The position numbers and the translations under genes were made by a program. Positions 27,119 to 35,506 of a stretch of 64,000 nucleotides of DNA are shown here, one piece after another. A model generated the notes under the pieces. It ran no database searches and was not told where the DNA came from. It worked only from the letters and a program-made list of their open reading frames with translations. The DNA is from Burkholderiales bacterium (lineage in GTDB: Bacteria > Pseudomonadota > Gammaproteobacteria > Burkholderiales > SG8-41). Position 1 is the stretch's first letter, and every line of letters starts with the position of its first letter. Location: the NCBI GenBank assembly GCA_043743335.1, contig JAYTWR010000193.1:32692-96691 (forward strand), written 5' to 3'.

Positions 27119-27427
27119 GTGAGCTACTTCGAACGACACGTTTTCTTTTGCTGTAACCAGCGCACCAACGGCGCGAACTGCTGCAACGACCACGGCGCCA
27201 GCAAAATCCGCGACTACGCCAAAGACAAAGTCAAAGAACTGAAGTTGAACGGCAAAGGCAAGGTGCGCGTCAACATGGCAGGCTGCCTTGATCGCTGCGA
27301 TGAAGGCCCGGTGATGGTGGTCTACCCCGAAGAAGTCTGGTACACCTATGTCGATCAGGAAGATGTCGACGAAATCGTACAAGAGCATTTGCGCCACGGG
27401 CGCGTGGTAGAACGGCTGAAAATCTGA
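27119..27427 (+). CDS. thioredoxin-like [2Fe-2S] ferredoxin
   Basis: 102 aa with HVFFCCNQR...CC...MAGCLDRCDEGPVMVVYPE. GTG start preceded by an AAGGA SD. Confidence 0.85.
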   Translation: MSYFERHVFFCCNQRTNGANCCNDHGASKIRDYAKDKVKELKLNGKGKVRVNMAGCLDRCDEGPVMVVYPEEVWYTYVDQEDVDEIVQEHLRHGRVVERLKI

Positions 27428-27447
27428 TTTTCACACATTCGCACCCC

Positions 27448-27894
27448 ATGACTTCCCCCGATACCCGCAGTTACGCTATACGCGCACAATCCACCGCCAC
27501 CCACGGGCGCGTGATGTGCAGCGTGCGCAATCACCATTTCATTGTAGATGGCCCCGTGCAAAACGGCGCGCCCGGCGAAGCGGTCACACCAGCCGAGTTG
27601 TTCCTCGCCGGCATCGCGGCCTGTGGCGTAGAGCTGGTGCAATCGTTTGCCAAAGCAGAAGCCATGCCGCTGCGCGCCATCGACGTAAACATCGGCGGCA
27701 TGATGGATCGCGCGAAGCCGGTGCGACAGGACGTGTCCGTCTTCAACGCGGTGCATATCCAATTCGCCTTGTCCGGTGTCACGCCTGCGCAAGGCACAGC
27801 GTTGATCGACCGCTTCAAGGGAAGGTGACCGCTCTACGGCAGCGTCGCGGTCGCGACGCCGGATGTGCGGGTTGAAGTCACCGTGACACGGTGA
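27448..27894 (+). CDS. OsmC-family peroxidase-like protein with in-frame TGA at 27826-27828 (candidate selenocysteine, or pseudogene)
   Basis: The first conserved Cys is present (FLAGIAACGVELV). The ORF stops at FKGR-TGA, but the same frame continues PLYGSVAVATPDVRVEVTVTR-TGA, so the TGA occupies the conserved C-P-[LV] cysteine position. Confidence 0.6.
27842..27859 (+). other. SECIS-like hairpin downstream of the in-frame TGA
   Basis: GCGTCGC-GGTC-GCGACGC forms a 7-bp GC stem. The loop contains GGU, begins 21 nt after the TGA, and the stem begins 13 nt after it. Confidence 0.35.
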
Positions 27895-27910
27895 GGCGGC
27901 CTGCACGGTT

Positions 27911-28525
27911 ATGCCTTCGCCTGTCAAAACGACGCTGATCCCCGGCCCCGCCGGCAATATCGAATGCGATATCAGCGAGCCGGCGAATCGCGACGTGCCA
28001 TTACGAGGTATCGCGCTGATCGCGCACCCCAATCCATTGCAGGGCGGTGCCAAGGACAACAAAGTTGTTACCACGCTGGCGCGCACGTTTAACAGCCTTG
28101 GCTACGTGGCTTTGCGGCCCAATTTTCGTGGCGTGGGCGCGACGGATGGCTTGCACGACAAGGGCGTAGGCGAAACCGATGACTTGATCGCGGTGGCGGA
28201 CTACGCCAAAAATACTTATATAAATCAATTAGTGACATTGGTCGGCTTTTCGTTTGGCAGCTTTGTGCAAACACGCGTGGCGAAGCGTATGGCGTGTGAG
28301 CGCCTGGTGCTGGTGGGCCCAGCGGTGAATCGCTTTGCCGCCGAACCCGTGCCGGAGAACACCTTGATCGTTCACGGCGAGCAAGATGACGTGGTACCAC
28401 TCACCGCCGTGATGGATTGGGCGCGCCCGCAAAATCTGCCGGTGGTGGTGTTACCCGGCGGCGATCATTTTTTTCACGGACGCCTGCATCTGTTGTCGGC
28501 TATCGTCACGCGCTGGTGCGCATGA
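27911..28525 (+). CDS. alpha/beta hydrolase
   Basis: 204 aa with IAHPNPLQGG, the nucleophile elbow GFSFGS, HGEQDDVVP and GGDHFFHG. Confidence 0.8.
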   Translation: MPSPVKTTLIPGPAGNIECDISEPANRDVPLRGIALIAHPNPLQGGAKDNKVVTTLARTFNSLGYVALRPNFRGVGATDGLHDKGVGETDDLIAVADYAKNTYINQLVTLVGFSFGSFVQTRVAKRMACERLVLVGPAVNRFAAEPVPENTLIVHGEQDDVVPLTAVMDWARPQNLPVVVLPGGDHFFHGRLHLLSAIVTRWCA

Positions 28526-28529
28526 CGCC

Positions 28530-28779
28530 ATGACCCATCTGGCGGTGCGCGGCCTGCGCAAATCGTACGCAGGGCGCGAAGTGATTGCGGGCATTACCGC
28601 GCTGGCACAAGCCGCCGCGCAACTGCTGCCATTGACCCACGCGGTCGCGCGGTCGCGGCCGTTGTTGCAGGGCAGTTTGCCGGATCAAGCTTGGGCTGCA
28701 TGTGCTGGTGCTTGCGCTGTACGCCGGTGTAAGCTACGCACTCGCGCGGCATTTGCTGCGCCAGCGCCTGCTTAAATAA
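28530..28779 (+). pseudogene. deletion remnant: ABC transporter ATPase N-terminus fused to ABC-2 permease C-terminus, with a frameshift
   Basis: MTHLAVRGLRKSYAGREVIAGIT is an ABC ATPase start and runs straight into LPLTHAVARSRPLLQG, an ABC-2 permease C-terminal motif. The last segment, LGLHVLVLALYAGVSYALARHLLRQRLLK-stop, is in a different frame. Confidence 0.55.
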
Positions 28780-28937
28780 ATTGTAACTGTTCAGCTTCGA
28801 CGTAGGATGCTGGTGAGCCTCGCGAACCGCATCGTTCGCGTGATAGGCGTACGCAACGCAATTGCACGATACAAGCCCCACGACCGATGCGGTTCCTTCG
28901 TCACCGGCATCCTACGGTTAAGCTGAACAGTTACAAT
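28780..28937. mobile_element. 158-bp palindromic REPIN/MITE-like element (two inverted GTAG-type REPs inside perfect 18-bp terminal inverted repeats)
   Basis: The TIR ATTGTAACTGTTCAGCTT (28780-28797) pairs with AAGCTGAACAGTTACAAT (28920-28937). The inner pair is GTAGGATGCTGGTGA..GAACCGCATCG (28802-28834) and CGATGCGGTTC..TCACCGGCATCCTAC (28885-28915). Confidence 0.6.
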
Positions 28938-28942
28938 AAACT

Positions 28943-28961
28943 CAATTAAATCAATATGTTA
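28943..28961 (-). repeat. AT-rich box, 16/19, overlapping the hemJ start codon and abutting the REPIN right end
   Basis: Sequence CAATTAAATCAATATGTTA. Confidence 0.6.
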
Positions 28962-29366
28962 TGGATTAAAGCCCTACACATCGTTTTCGTCACTGCGTGG
29001 TTCGCCGGGCTGTTTTATTGTCCGCGCATTCTAGTGAATCTGGCGATGGAAACCGACGCTGCTGCGACCGCGCGCCTGCTCATCATGGCGCGCAAGCTAT
29101 ATCGCTTCATGACGCTGCTCAGCGTGCCCGCGCTGGGCTTCGGCCTGTGGTTGTGGCTGGGCTACGACATCAGCGGCGGCTGGCTGCACGCGAAGCTGGC
29201 GTTGGTGATTTTGCTCGTCGGATATCACCATGCCTGCGGATCGTTGCTGACTAAATTTGAACAGGGCCGCAATACGCGCTCCCATTTGTGGTTTCGCTGG
29301 TTTAACGAAGTGCCGGTGATTATTTTGCTGCTGGTGGTCATATTGGTTGTGGTCAAGCCATTTTGA
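28956..29366 (+). CDS. hemJ: protoporphyrinogen IX oxidase HemJ
   Basis: 136 aa with MLWIKALHIVFVTAWFAGLFYCPR, HAKLALVILLVGYHHACG and four TM helices. Confidence 0.85.
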   Translation: MLWIKALHIVFVTAWFAGLFYCPRILVNLAMETDAAATARLLIMARKLYRFMTLLSVPALGFGLWLWLGYDISGGWLHAKLALVILLVGYHHACGSLLTKFEQGRNTRSHLWFRWFNEVPVIILLLVVILVVVKPF

Positions 29367-29743
29367 TGCCCGTGCGAAATTTCTGTGCCGGCGCCGGCGT
29401 TGTGCTCGCCTTGATAAGCGCGCTGGCACAGGGCGAGGCCAGCATCATCGTGCAGCAGTCGCCGCTGGCGGGCTTTCAGTATTACGACGGCAAAGCCTTG
29501 TGGGACGACATGAAGCTCGGCGACGCACTCACGTTGGTGCGCGAGCGCGACAACCCGCACGACGCCAACGCGGTGCGCATTGAATGGAACGGCAGCTGCC
29601 TTGGCTATATTCCGCGCCGTGAAAACGCCGACGTAGCGCGACAAATAGATCGCGGTGCGCTGGTGAAGGCGCGCATTGTCAAACTCACACAAGCGCGTAA
29701 TCCGTGGCAGCGCGTCTTGTTTGAAGTGTATGTCGATCTGTGA
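29366..29743 (+). CDS. HIRAN-domain protein with N-terminal signal peptide
   Basis: Contains LAGFQYYDG...GDALTLVRERDNPHDANAVRIEW.G..LGYIPR (HIRAN). The N-terminus MPVRNFCAGAGVVLALISALAQGEAS looks like a signal peptide. The ATG overlaps the hemJ TGA (TGATG). Confidence 0.75.
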   Translation: MPVRNFCAGAGVVLALISALAQGEASIIVQQSPLAGFQYYDGKALWDDMKLGDALTLVRERDNPHDANAVRIEWNGSCLGYIPRRENADVARQIDRGALVKARIVKLTQARNPWQRVLFEVYVDL

Positions 29744-30938
29744 TGGCGCTTTGAGCACGGACGCGCAATTTTTCGCTAGCTGCCCGCGCGGGCTCGAAGC
29801 CGTGCTCGCAGCGGAACTCAACGCGCTGCAGGCGCGCGCCGTCAAAGCGGTAGAGGGCGGCGTACATTTTGCTGGGCCGTTGACTATCGGCTATGCCGCC
29901 AATTTGCACTCGCGTGTGGCGAGCCGCGTGCTGTGGCGCGTGGGTGTGGCACGCTACCGTCACACGAATGCGGATCAGGATATTTACGACGCCACCGGCA
30001 AAATCGATTGGCCCAAGCTATTCGCCGTAGAGCGCACGCTGCGGGTAAACGTTTCCGCGATCAAAGCGCCGGTGAAAAGCCTCGATTTCATTACGCTGCG
30101 TATCAAAGACGCTATCTGCGATGTGTTTCGCGCGCGCGGCGGGCAGCGACCCAGCATCGACACGCATGCGCCCGACGTGCGTGTGCATGCGTTTCTTACT
30201 GCCGCAGATCTCACGCTGTATCTCGATCTGTCGGGCGAGCCGCTGTTCAAACGCGGTTACCGGCAAGAGGCCGGCGAAGCGCCGCTGCGGGAGAATCTCG
30301 CTGCTGGCATGCTGGCGCTGTCGGGCTGGACGCCGGATCAGCCGCTGCTCGACCCGCTGTGCGGCAGCGGCACCATTTTGTGCGAAGCCGCGCAAATCGC
30401 CACGCAGCGTGCCCCTGGCATTGGTCGCGCGTTTGGTTTTGAGAAGCTATTGAATTACGACGCAGCAGCGTGGACAGCGCTGCGGGAGACCGCTTACGCT
30501 GCTGAAAATAACACAATAAAATCAATTATTTACGGCTCCGACTTGCGCGGCGACGCGCTGGAGCTGGCACGCGCCAATCTGGACGAACTCGACCTCACCG
30601 CGCAAGTCACACTGAAACAAGCCAACGTGTTTGAAATGCCCGCGCCCGCTCCGGCCGGCGTCATCGTTACCAACCCGCCGTACGGCGTGCGGCTGGAAGA
30701 CCGCGATCAACTCGCAGCGTTTTATCCCAAACTCGGCGACGCGCTGAAAAAGCGCTACAGCGGCTGGACGGCGTATATTTTGTCGTCGGACATGCAATTG
30801 GCGAAAGGCATCGGACTGGCTGCTTCTAAGCGCACGCCGCTGTTTAACGGCGCACTGGAATGCCGGCTGTTCGAATACAAAATGGTGGCGGGTTTCATGC
30901 GGCGAGTGAAGCCGGGGGCAACGCCCGACGCCCATTAA
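29730..30938 (+). CDS. THUMP-domain class I SAM-dependent RNA methyltransferase (RlmL/RlmK-like)
   Basis: Starts FFASCPRGLEAVLAAEL and carries LDPLCGSGTILCEAA and the VTNPPYG catalytic motif. Start taken at the in-frame ATG at 29730, overlapping the HIRAN gene end by 14 nt. Confidence 0.8.
   Translation: MSICDGALSTDAQFFASCPRGLEAVLAAELNALQARAVKAVEGGVHFAGPLTIGYAANLHSRVASRVLWRVGVARYRHTNADQDIYDATGKIDWPKLFAVERTLRVNVSAIKAPVKSLDFITLRIKDAICDVFRARGGQRPSIDTHAPDVRVHAFLTAADLTLYLDLSGEPLFKRGYRQEAGEAPLRENLAAGMLALSGWTPDQPLLDPLCGSGTILCEAAQIATQRAPGIGRAFGFEKLLNYDAAAWTALRETAYAAENNTIKSIIYGSDLRGDALELARANLDELDLTAQVTLKQANVFEMPAPAPAGVIVTNPPYGVRLEDRDQLAAFYPKLGDALKKRYSGWTAYILSSDMQLAKGIGLAASKRTPLFNGALECRLFEYKMVAGFMRRVKPGATPDAH
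30514..30532 (-). repeat. AT-rich box, 18/19, inside the RNA methyltransferase coding sequence
   Basis: CAATAAAATCAATTATTTA encodes NTIKSIIY. Confidence 0.75.
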
Positions 30939-30943
30939 AATAT

Positions 30944-30970
30944 AAAAAGCCGGATTCGCACCGGCTTTTT
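30944..30970. terminator. bidirectional rho-independent terminator between convergent methyltransferase and pilU
   Basis: AAAAAGCCGG-ATTCGCA-CCGGCTTTTT has an A-run and a T-run flanking a 6-bp stem. Confidence 0.7.
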
Positions 30971-30997
30971 AACGTCATCCGCAAAGATCGGCGGATG

Positions 30998-32134
30998 TCA
31001 GGTCAGCGACAAATGCTCAATGCCGGTCATGACGTCTTTGCCCTTGGCTTCTTTGCCTTGCAGCTTGATCGACAACCGCAATTCATTGAGTGAATCGGCG
31101 TTGCGCAGTGCGTCTTCATAGCTGACCAAGCCCGCTTCATACAATTCGAACAAGTGCTGGTCGAAGGTTTGCATGCCAATCTCGCGCGATTTTTTCATGA
31201 TCTCTTTAATCTCGTGCACGTCGCCCTTGAAAATGAGATCAGACACCAGCGGCGAGTTGAGCATGATTTCCACCGCCGCCGCACGCCCTTTGCCGTCGCG
31301 CTTGGGCAGCAATCGCTGCGACACAATGGCGCGAATATTGAGTGACAAATCCATCAGCAATTGGTGTTTGCGCTCTTCGGGGAAGAAGTTGATGATGCGA
31401 TCCAGCGCCTGATTGGCGCTGTTGGCGTGTAGCGTTGCCATGCACAAGTGGCCGGTCTCGGCGAAGGCGATGGCGTAATCCATGGTTTCACGGTCGCGAA
31501 TTTCGCCGATCAAAATCACATCCGGTGCCTGACGTAGGGTGTTGCGCAGCGCGGCGTGCCACGTCTCGGTATCCACGCCCACTTCACGCTGCGTGATGAC
31601 GCAGTTTTTGTGCTCGTGCACAAATTCAATCGGGTCTTCGATGGTAATGATGTGGCCGTAGCTGTTTTCGTTGCGATGGCCCACCATCGCCGCCAGCGAG
31701 GTGGATTTACCCGAGCCGGTACCGCCCACCATCATCACCAAGCCGCGCTTGGCCATCACCACGTCTTTCAACACCGGCGGGAGGCCCAATTCGTCAAAGT
31801 TGGGGATTTTCGCAACAATGGTACGCAGCACCATGCCCACGCGGCCCTGCTGAACAAACGCGCTGACGCGAAAACGCCCGATGTTGCCGGGGCTGATGGC
31901 GAAGTTACATTCCTTGGTGGATTCGAATTCCGCCGACTGCTTGTCGTTCATCATGGCTGCGACGAGATCAGCCGTATGCTGCGGCGTGAGCGACTGATTT
32001 GCCACCGGCGTCATTTTGCCGTCGAGCTTGATCGCGGGCGGAAAGCCCGCCGTGATAAACAGGTCAGAAGCCTTCTTCGAAACCATTGCACGCAACAGGT
32101 CGTGCATGAATTTGACGCCGGTGTCTCTATCCAT
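30998..32134 (-). CDS. pilU: type IV pilus ATPase PilU
   Basis: 378 aa with ASDLFITAG, the Walker A GGTGSGKST, and PilT-family Asp and His boxes. It lies immediately downstream of pilT. Confidence 0.9.
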   Translation of the reverse strand: MDRDTGVKFMHDLLRAMVSKKASDLFITAGFPPAIKLDGKMTPVANQSLTPQHTADLVAAMMNDKQSAEFESTKECNFAISPGNIGRFRVSAFVQQGRVGMVLRTIVAKIPNFDELGLPPVLKDVVMAKRGLVMMVGGTGSGKSTSLAAMVGHRNENSYGHIITIEDPIEFVHEHKNCVITQREVGVDTETWHAALRNTLRQAPDVILIGEIRDRETMDYAIAFAETGHLCMATLHANSANQALDRIINFFPEERKHQLLMDLSLNIRAIVSQRLLPKRDGKGRAAAVEIMLNSPLVSDLIFKGDVHEIKEIMKKSREIGMQTFDQHLFELYEAGLVSYEDALRNADSLNELRLSIKLQGKEAKGKDVMTGIEHLSLT

Positions 32135-32161
32135 GGTAGTGCTCCCGCTGCTGAAACCGCG

Positions 32162-33202
32162 TTAGTTGAAGTTATCTTTGTTGGCCGCTTTATTGCGGGC
32201 TTCTTCCTTGCTGACGATGTTGCGCTTGACCAAATCTTGCAAGTTCTGATCGAGCGTCTGCATGCCGAGCGCAGCACCAGTTTGGATGGCCGAGTACATC
32301 TGCGCGATTTTAGATTCACGAATTAGATTGCGGATGGCCGGGGTGCCAACCATGATTTCGTGCGCGGCCACACGGCCTGTGCCGTCTTTGGTCTTTAGCA
32401 AACTCTGTGAAATCACCGCCCGCAGCGACTCCGACAACATGGCACGCATCATTTCTTTTTCTTCGCCCGGGAACACGTCGATAATCCGATCAATGGTTTT
32501 GGCGGCCGAGCTGGTATGCAGCGTACCGAACACCAAGTGGCCGGTTTCTGCAGCGCTCATCGCGAGACGAATGGTTTCAAGATCGCGCAGCTCGCCCACC
32601 AGAATAATGTCCGGGTCTTCCCGCAGCGCGGAACGCAGCGCGTTGTTAAACGACAACGTATGCGGGCCGACTTCGCGCTGGTTAATCAGGCATTTCTTGG
32701 ATTCGTGCACGAACTCGATGGGGTCTTCCACCGTGAGGATATGACCGTACTCGTTCTCATTAATGTGATTCACAATCGCCGCCAGCGTGGTCGACTTGCC
32801 GGAGCCCGTGGGGCCGGTGACCAGCACTACGCCGCGCGGCTGATTGGCGATTTCGATGAACACCTTGGGCGCTTTCAGGTCTTCCAGCGACAAAATTTTC
32901 GAGGGAATGGTCCGAAACACGCCGCCCGCGCCGCGATTTTGCACAAAGGCATTGACACGAAAGCGCGCGAGATTCGGGATCTCAAAAGAAAAATCGCACT
33001 CGAGATTTTCTTCGTAAAACTTGCGTTGGCCGTCGTTCATGATGTCATAAATCATGGCGTGCACGTCTTTGTGCTCCAGCGGCGGCAAGTTGATGCGGCG
33101 CACGTCGCCGTGCACCCGTATCATCGGCGGCAGGCCCGACGACAAGTGCAGATCCGACGCTTTATTCTTCACCACAAAGGCCAACAGTTCAGCGATGTCC
33201 AT
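32162..33202 (-). CDS. pilT: type IV pilus twitching-motility retraction ATPase PilT
   Basis: 346 aa with ASDLHLSSGLPPMIRVHGD, GPTGSGKSTTLAA, the AHEIMVGTPAIRNLIRE motif, and GMQTLDQ. Confidence 0.95.
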   Translation of the reverse strand: MDIAELLAFVVKNKASDLHLSSGLPPMIRVHGDVRRINLPPLEHKDVHAMIYDIMNDGQRKFYEENLECDFSFEIPNLARFRVNAFVQNRGAGGVFRTIPSKILSLEDLKAPKVFIEIANQPRGVVLVTGPTGSGKSTTLAAIVNHINENEYGHILTVEDPIEFVHESKKCLINQREVGPHTLSFNNALRSALREDPDIILVGELRDLETIRLAMSAAETGHLVFGTLHTSSAAKTIDRIIDVFPGEEKEMMRAMLSESLRAVISQSLLKTKDGTGRVAAHEIMVGTPAIRNLIRESKIAQMYSAIQTGAALGMQTLDQNLQDLVKRNIVSKEEARNKAANKDNFN

Positions 33203-33292
33203 TATAATTTCCCGGCTTAGCCTAGATTTGAAGTTTGCCCCATAACATCTTGATTCTACGCCACTTTACGGGCAACTCTGCATAGTCAAATT

Positions 33293-33976
33293 ATGTCCAC
33301 AATCGACATCAACTTGCAAGCGGTGAGCGCGCGTGTCAGGCGTGCGGTGCAGGCGGCGGGGCGAAGCGCAAGCGCCGTGACACTGCTCGCGGTCAGCAAA
33401 ACATTTTCGGCGGACGCGGTACGCGAGTGCGCCGCCGCCGGTCAGCGTGCGTTCGGCGAGAATTATTTGCAAGAGGCGCTGGACAAGATTGAAGTCTTGC
33501 ACGCGCTTGATCTGGTATGGCATTTCATTGGCCCCATTCAAAGCAACAAGACGCGCCCCATCGCGGAAAATTTTGCCTGGGTGCACAGCGTCGAGCGCGA
33601 ACGCGTGGCGCTGCGGCTAAATGACGCACGCCCCGCGCACCTGCCACCGCTGAATGTCTGCCTTCAGGTGAATATCAGCGGAGAAGCCAGCAAGTCTGGC
33701 GTGGCGCCCGGTGACGCAGCCGCGCTGGCGCACGCCATAGCCGCTTTGCCACGCCTCAAACTGCGCGGCTTGATGGCGATACCCGAGCCTACGCCGGATG
33801 TCGCCTTGCGCCGTCGGCGCTTTGCCTTGTTGCGCGACATTCAGGCGCAACTGATGGCGGCGGGCCACGCGCTCGATACCCTGTCGATGGGCATGTCAGA
33901 CGATCTCGAAGACGCCATCGCCGAAGGCGCCACACTGGTGCGCGTCGGCACCGCCATCTTCGGCAAACGCACCTGA
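33293..33976 (+). CDS. yggS: PLP-binding homeostasis protein YggS
   Basis: 227 aa with LLAVSKT, FGENYLQEA, WHFIGPIQSNKTR and SMGMSDDLEDAI. Confidence 0.9.
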   Translation: MSTIDINLQAVSARVRRAVQAAGRSASAVTLLAVSKTFSADAVRECAAAGQRAFGENYLQEALDKIEVLHALDLVWHFIGPIQSNKTRPIAENFAWVHSVERERVALRLNDARPAHLPPLNVCLQVNISGEASKSGVAPGDAAALAHAIAALPRLKLRGLMAIPEPTPDVALRRRRFALLRDIQAQLMAAGHALDTLSMGMSDDLEDAIAEGATLVRVGTAIFGKRT

Positions 33977-34032
33977 GGTGTTACCCTCACCACTTAACGC
34001 TAAACGCTTAACGCTTAACGCGAAACAGAAAA

Positions 34033-34845
34033 ATGAACATCACCTTCATCGGCGGCGGCAATATGGCCACCGCCATCATCGGCGGCTTGATCCAGCGCGG
34101 CTGGGATCGCACGTCACTGCGTGCGGTTGAAATCCTGCCCGCCGCACGCGAGAAGCTGGAACAATCGTTAAACATCAAAACCTTCGCCAGCATCACTGCC
34201 GAAGCAATGCAAGCCGATTGCGTAGTGCTCGCCATCAAGCCACAGCAGATGCGTGAGGCCGCCACCGCGCTCGCGCCGCTGGTGAGCAAAGCGCTGGTAA
34301 TCACCATCGCCGCTGGCATACGCGGCAGTGATTTGTCACGCTGGCTCAACGGTCACACGCGCATTGTGCGCGTCATGCCCAACACCCCGGCGCTGGTGCT
34401 GGCAGGTATCTCGGGCCTGTATGCGTTGCCCGGCGTTTCTGCTGAAGACCGCGCCGGCGCCGAGCGCATTTTGGGCGCGGTGGGCGAAACGGTGTGGGTG
34501 GCGCGCGAAGACGATATCGACGCCGTGACGGCGGTGTCCGGCAGCGGTCCGGCCTATGTGTTTTACTTTATTGAAGCGCTGGATCAGGCCGCGCGCGATC
34601 TCGGCATGAGTGCCGAAACCGCGCGGCGACTCGCCATCGCCACCTTCACCGGTGCATCCAAACTCGCCGCCGAAAGCCGTGAAGACGCCGCCGTATTACG
34701 CGCGCGCGTCACGTCCAAAGGCGGCACGACCGAACGCGCGCTGGCGTCTATGGAAGCCGATGCGATCAAGGCCGCGATCGGCCGCGCGGTGAAAGCGGCC
34801 GCCGATCGTTCACGCGAGTTGGGCGATGAACTGGGCAAAGACTGA
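34033..34845 (+). CDS. proC: pyrroline-5-carboxylate reductase
   Basis: 270 aa with FIGGGNMATAIIGGL, RVMPNTPA, SGSGPAYVFYFIEAL and VTSKGGTTERAL. Confidence 0.95.
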   Translation: MNITFIGGGNMATAIIGGLIQRGWDRTSLRAVEILPAAREKLEQSLNIKTFASITAEAMQADCVVLAIKPQQMREAATALAPLVSKALVITIAAGIRGSDLSRWLNGHTRIVRVMPNTPALVLAGISGLYALPGVSAEDRAGAERILGAVGETVWVAREDDIDAVTAVSGSGPAYVFYFIEALDQAARDLGMSAETARRLAIATFTGASKLAAESREDAAVLRARVTSKGGTTERALASMEADAIKAAIGRAVKAAADRSRELGDELGKD

Positions 34846-34860
34846 CTGCGGGATTAAACA

Positions 34861-34879
34861 TAACTAATTGATTTTATTG
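34861..34879 (+). repeat. AT-rich box TAACTAATTGATTTTATTG (reference copy; reverse complement matches the IHF consensus)
   Basis: Lies in the proC-yggT spacer. Identical 19-mer at 42362-42380. Confidence 0.8.
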
Positions 34880-34889
34880 ATATTTTTAT

Positions 34890-35447
34890 ATGTTGCTTGA
34901 AGCGGTAGCGTTCGTCATTCGCGCGCTGGCTGAATTTTTCGCCGGCGTGTTGCTGTTGCGTTTTTGGATGCAGGTGAGCCGCGTTGCCGGTCGTAATCTG
35001 CTGTCTGAATTCGTGCAGCCGTTGACCAACTTCGCGGTATTGCCCGCACGCCGCATCATCCCCGGTTTGTGGGGCTGGGATCTGGCGACACTGGTGCTGG
35101 CTTGGCTCACGTTGATACTCGAAATCGTGTTGCTGCTGCTGTTACGTGGTGGCACGCTGGCACCGGGCATGGTGCTGATGATGGCGCTGCTGCTGTTGCT
35201 GCGGCTGGCAGTGTATTTCGCTATCGGCGCGATTTTTGTGCAGGCGATTCTGTCGTGGGTGAATCCCGCCAGCCCGTTGGCACCTGTGGTGTCGGCCCTG
35301 ACGCGCCCGCTACTGCGCCCGATACAGCGCATCGTGCCGCCCATCGGCATGGTTGATTTGTCACCACTGGTGGCACTGCTGATTCTGCAACTGATCTTGA
35401 TGGTGCCGCTGGCGTGGCTGGGCAGCCTGCTCAACGCCGGGTTCTGA
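34890..35447 (+). CDS. YggT-family membrane protein
   Basis: 185 aa with duplicated YggT-like TM modules (LLLRFWMQ..., LSWVNPASPLAP...). It follows proC, as is typical. Confidence 0.8.
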   Translation: MLLEAVAFVIRALAEFFAGVLLLRFWMQVSRVAGRNLLSEFVQPLTNFAVLPARRIIPGLWGWDLATLVLAWLTLILEIVLLLLLRGGTLAPGMVLMMALLLLLRLAVYFAIGAIFVQAILSWVNPASPLAPVVSALTRPLLRPIQRIVPPIGMVDLSPLVALLILQLILMVPLAWLGSLLNAGF

Positions 35448-35506
35448 TTCAGCTTCGCTGGATTTTGTTCGGCTCAACCCTAGAAACGGCGGTTTCTAAG
35501 TTCCCG

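Noticed and set aside
27355-28086. 243-aa minus-strand ORF spanning the ferredoxin end, the OsmC gene and the hydrolase start
   Set aside because: It crosses three well-supported plus-strand genes and their spacers and has no motif support.
33977-34032. CTTAACG-type short tandem repeat between yggS and proC as a regulatory array
   Set aside because: There are only about 3 imperfect 7-8-bp units in a 56-bp spacer. That is too short and degenerate to support any call.
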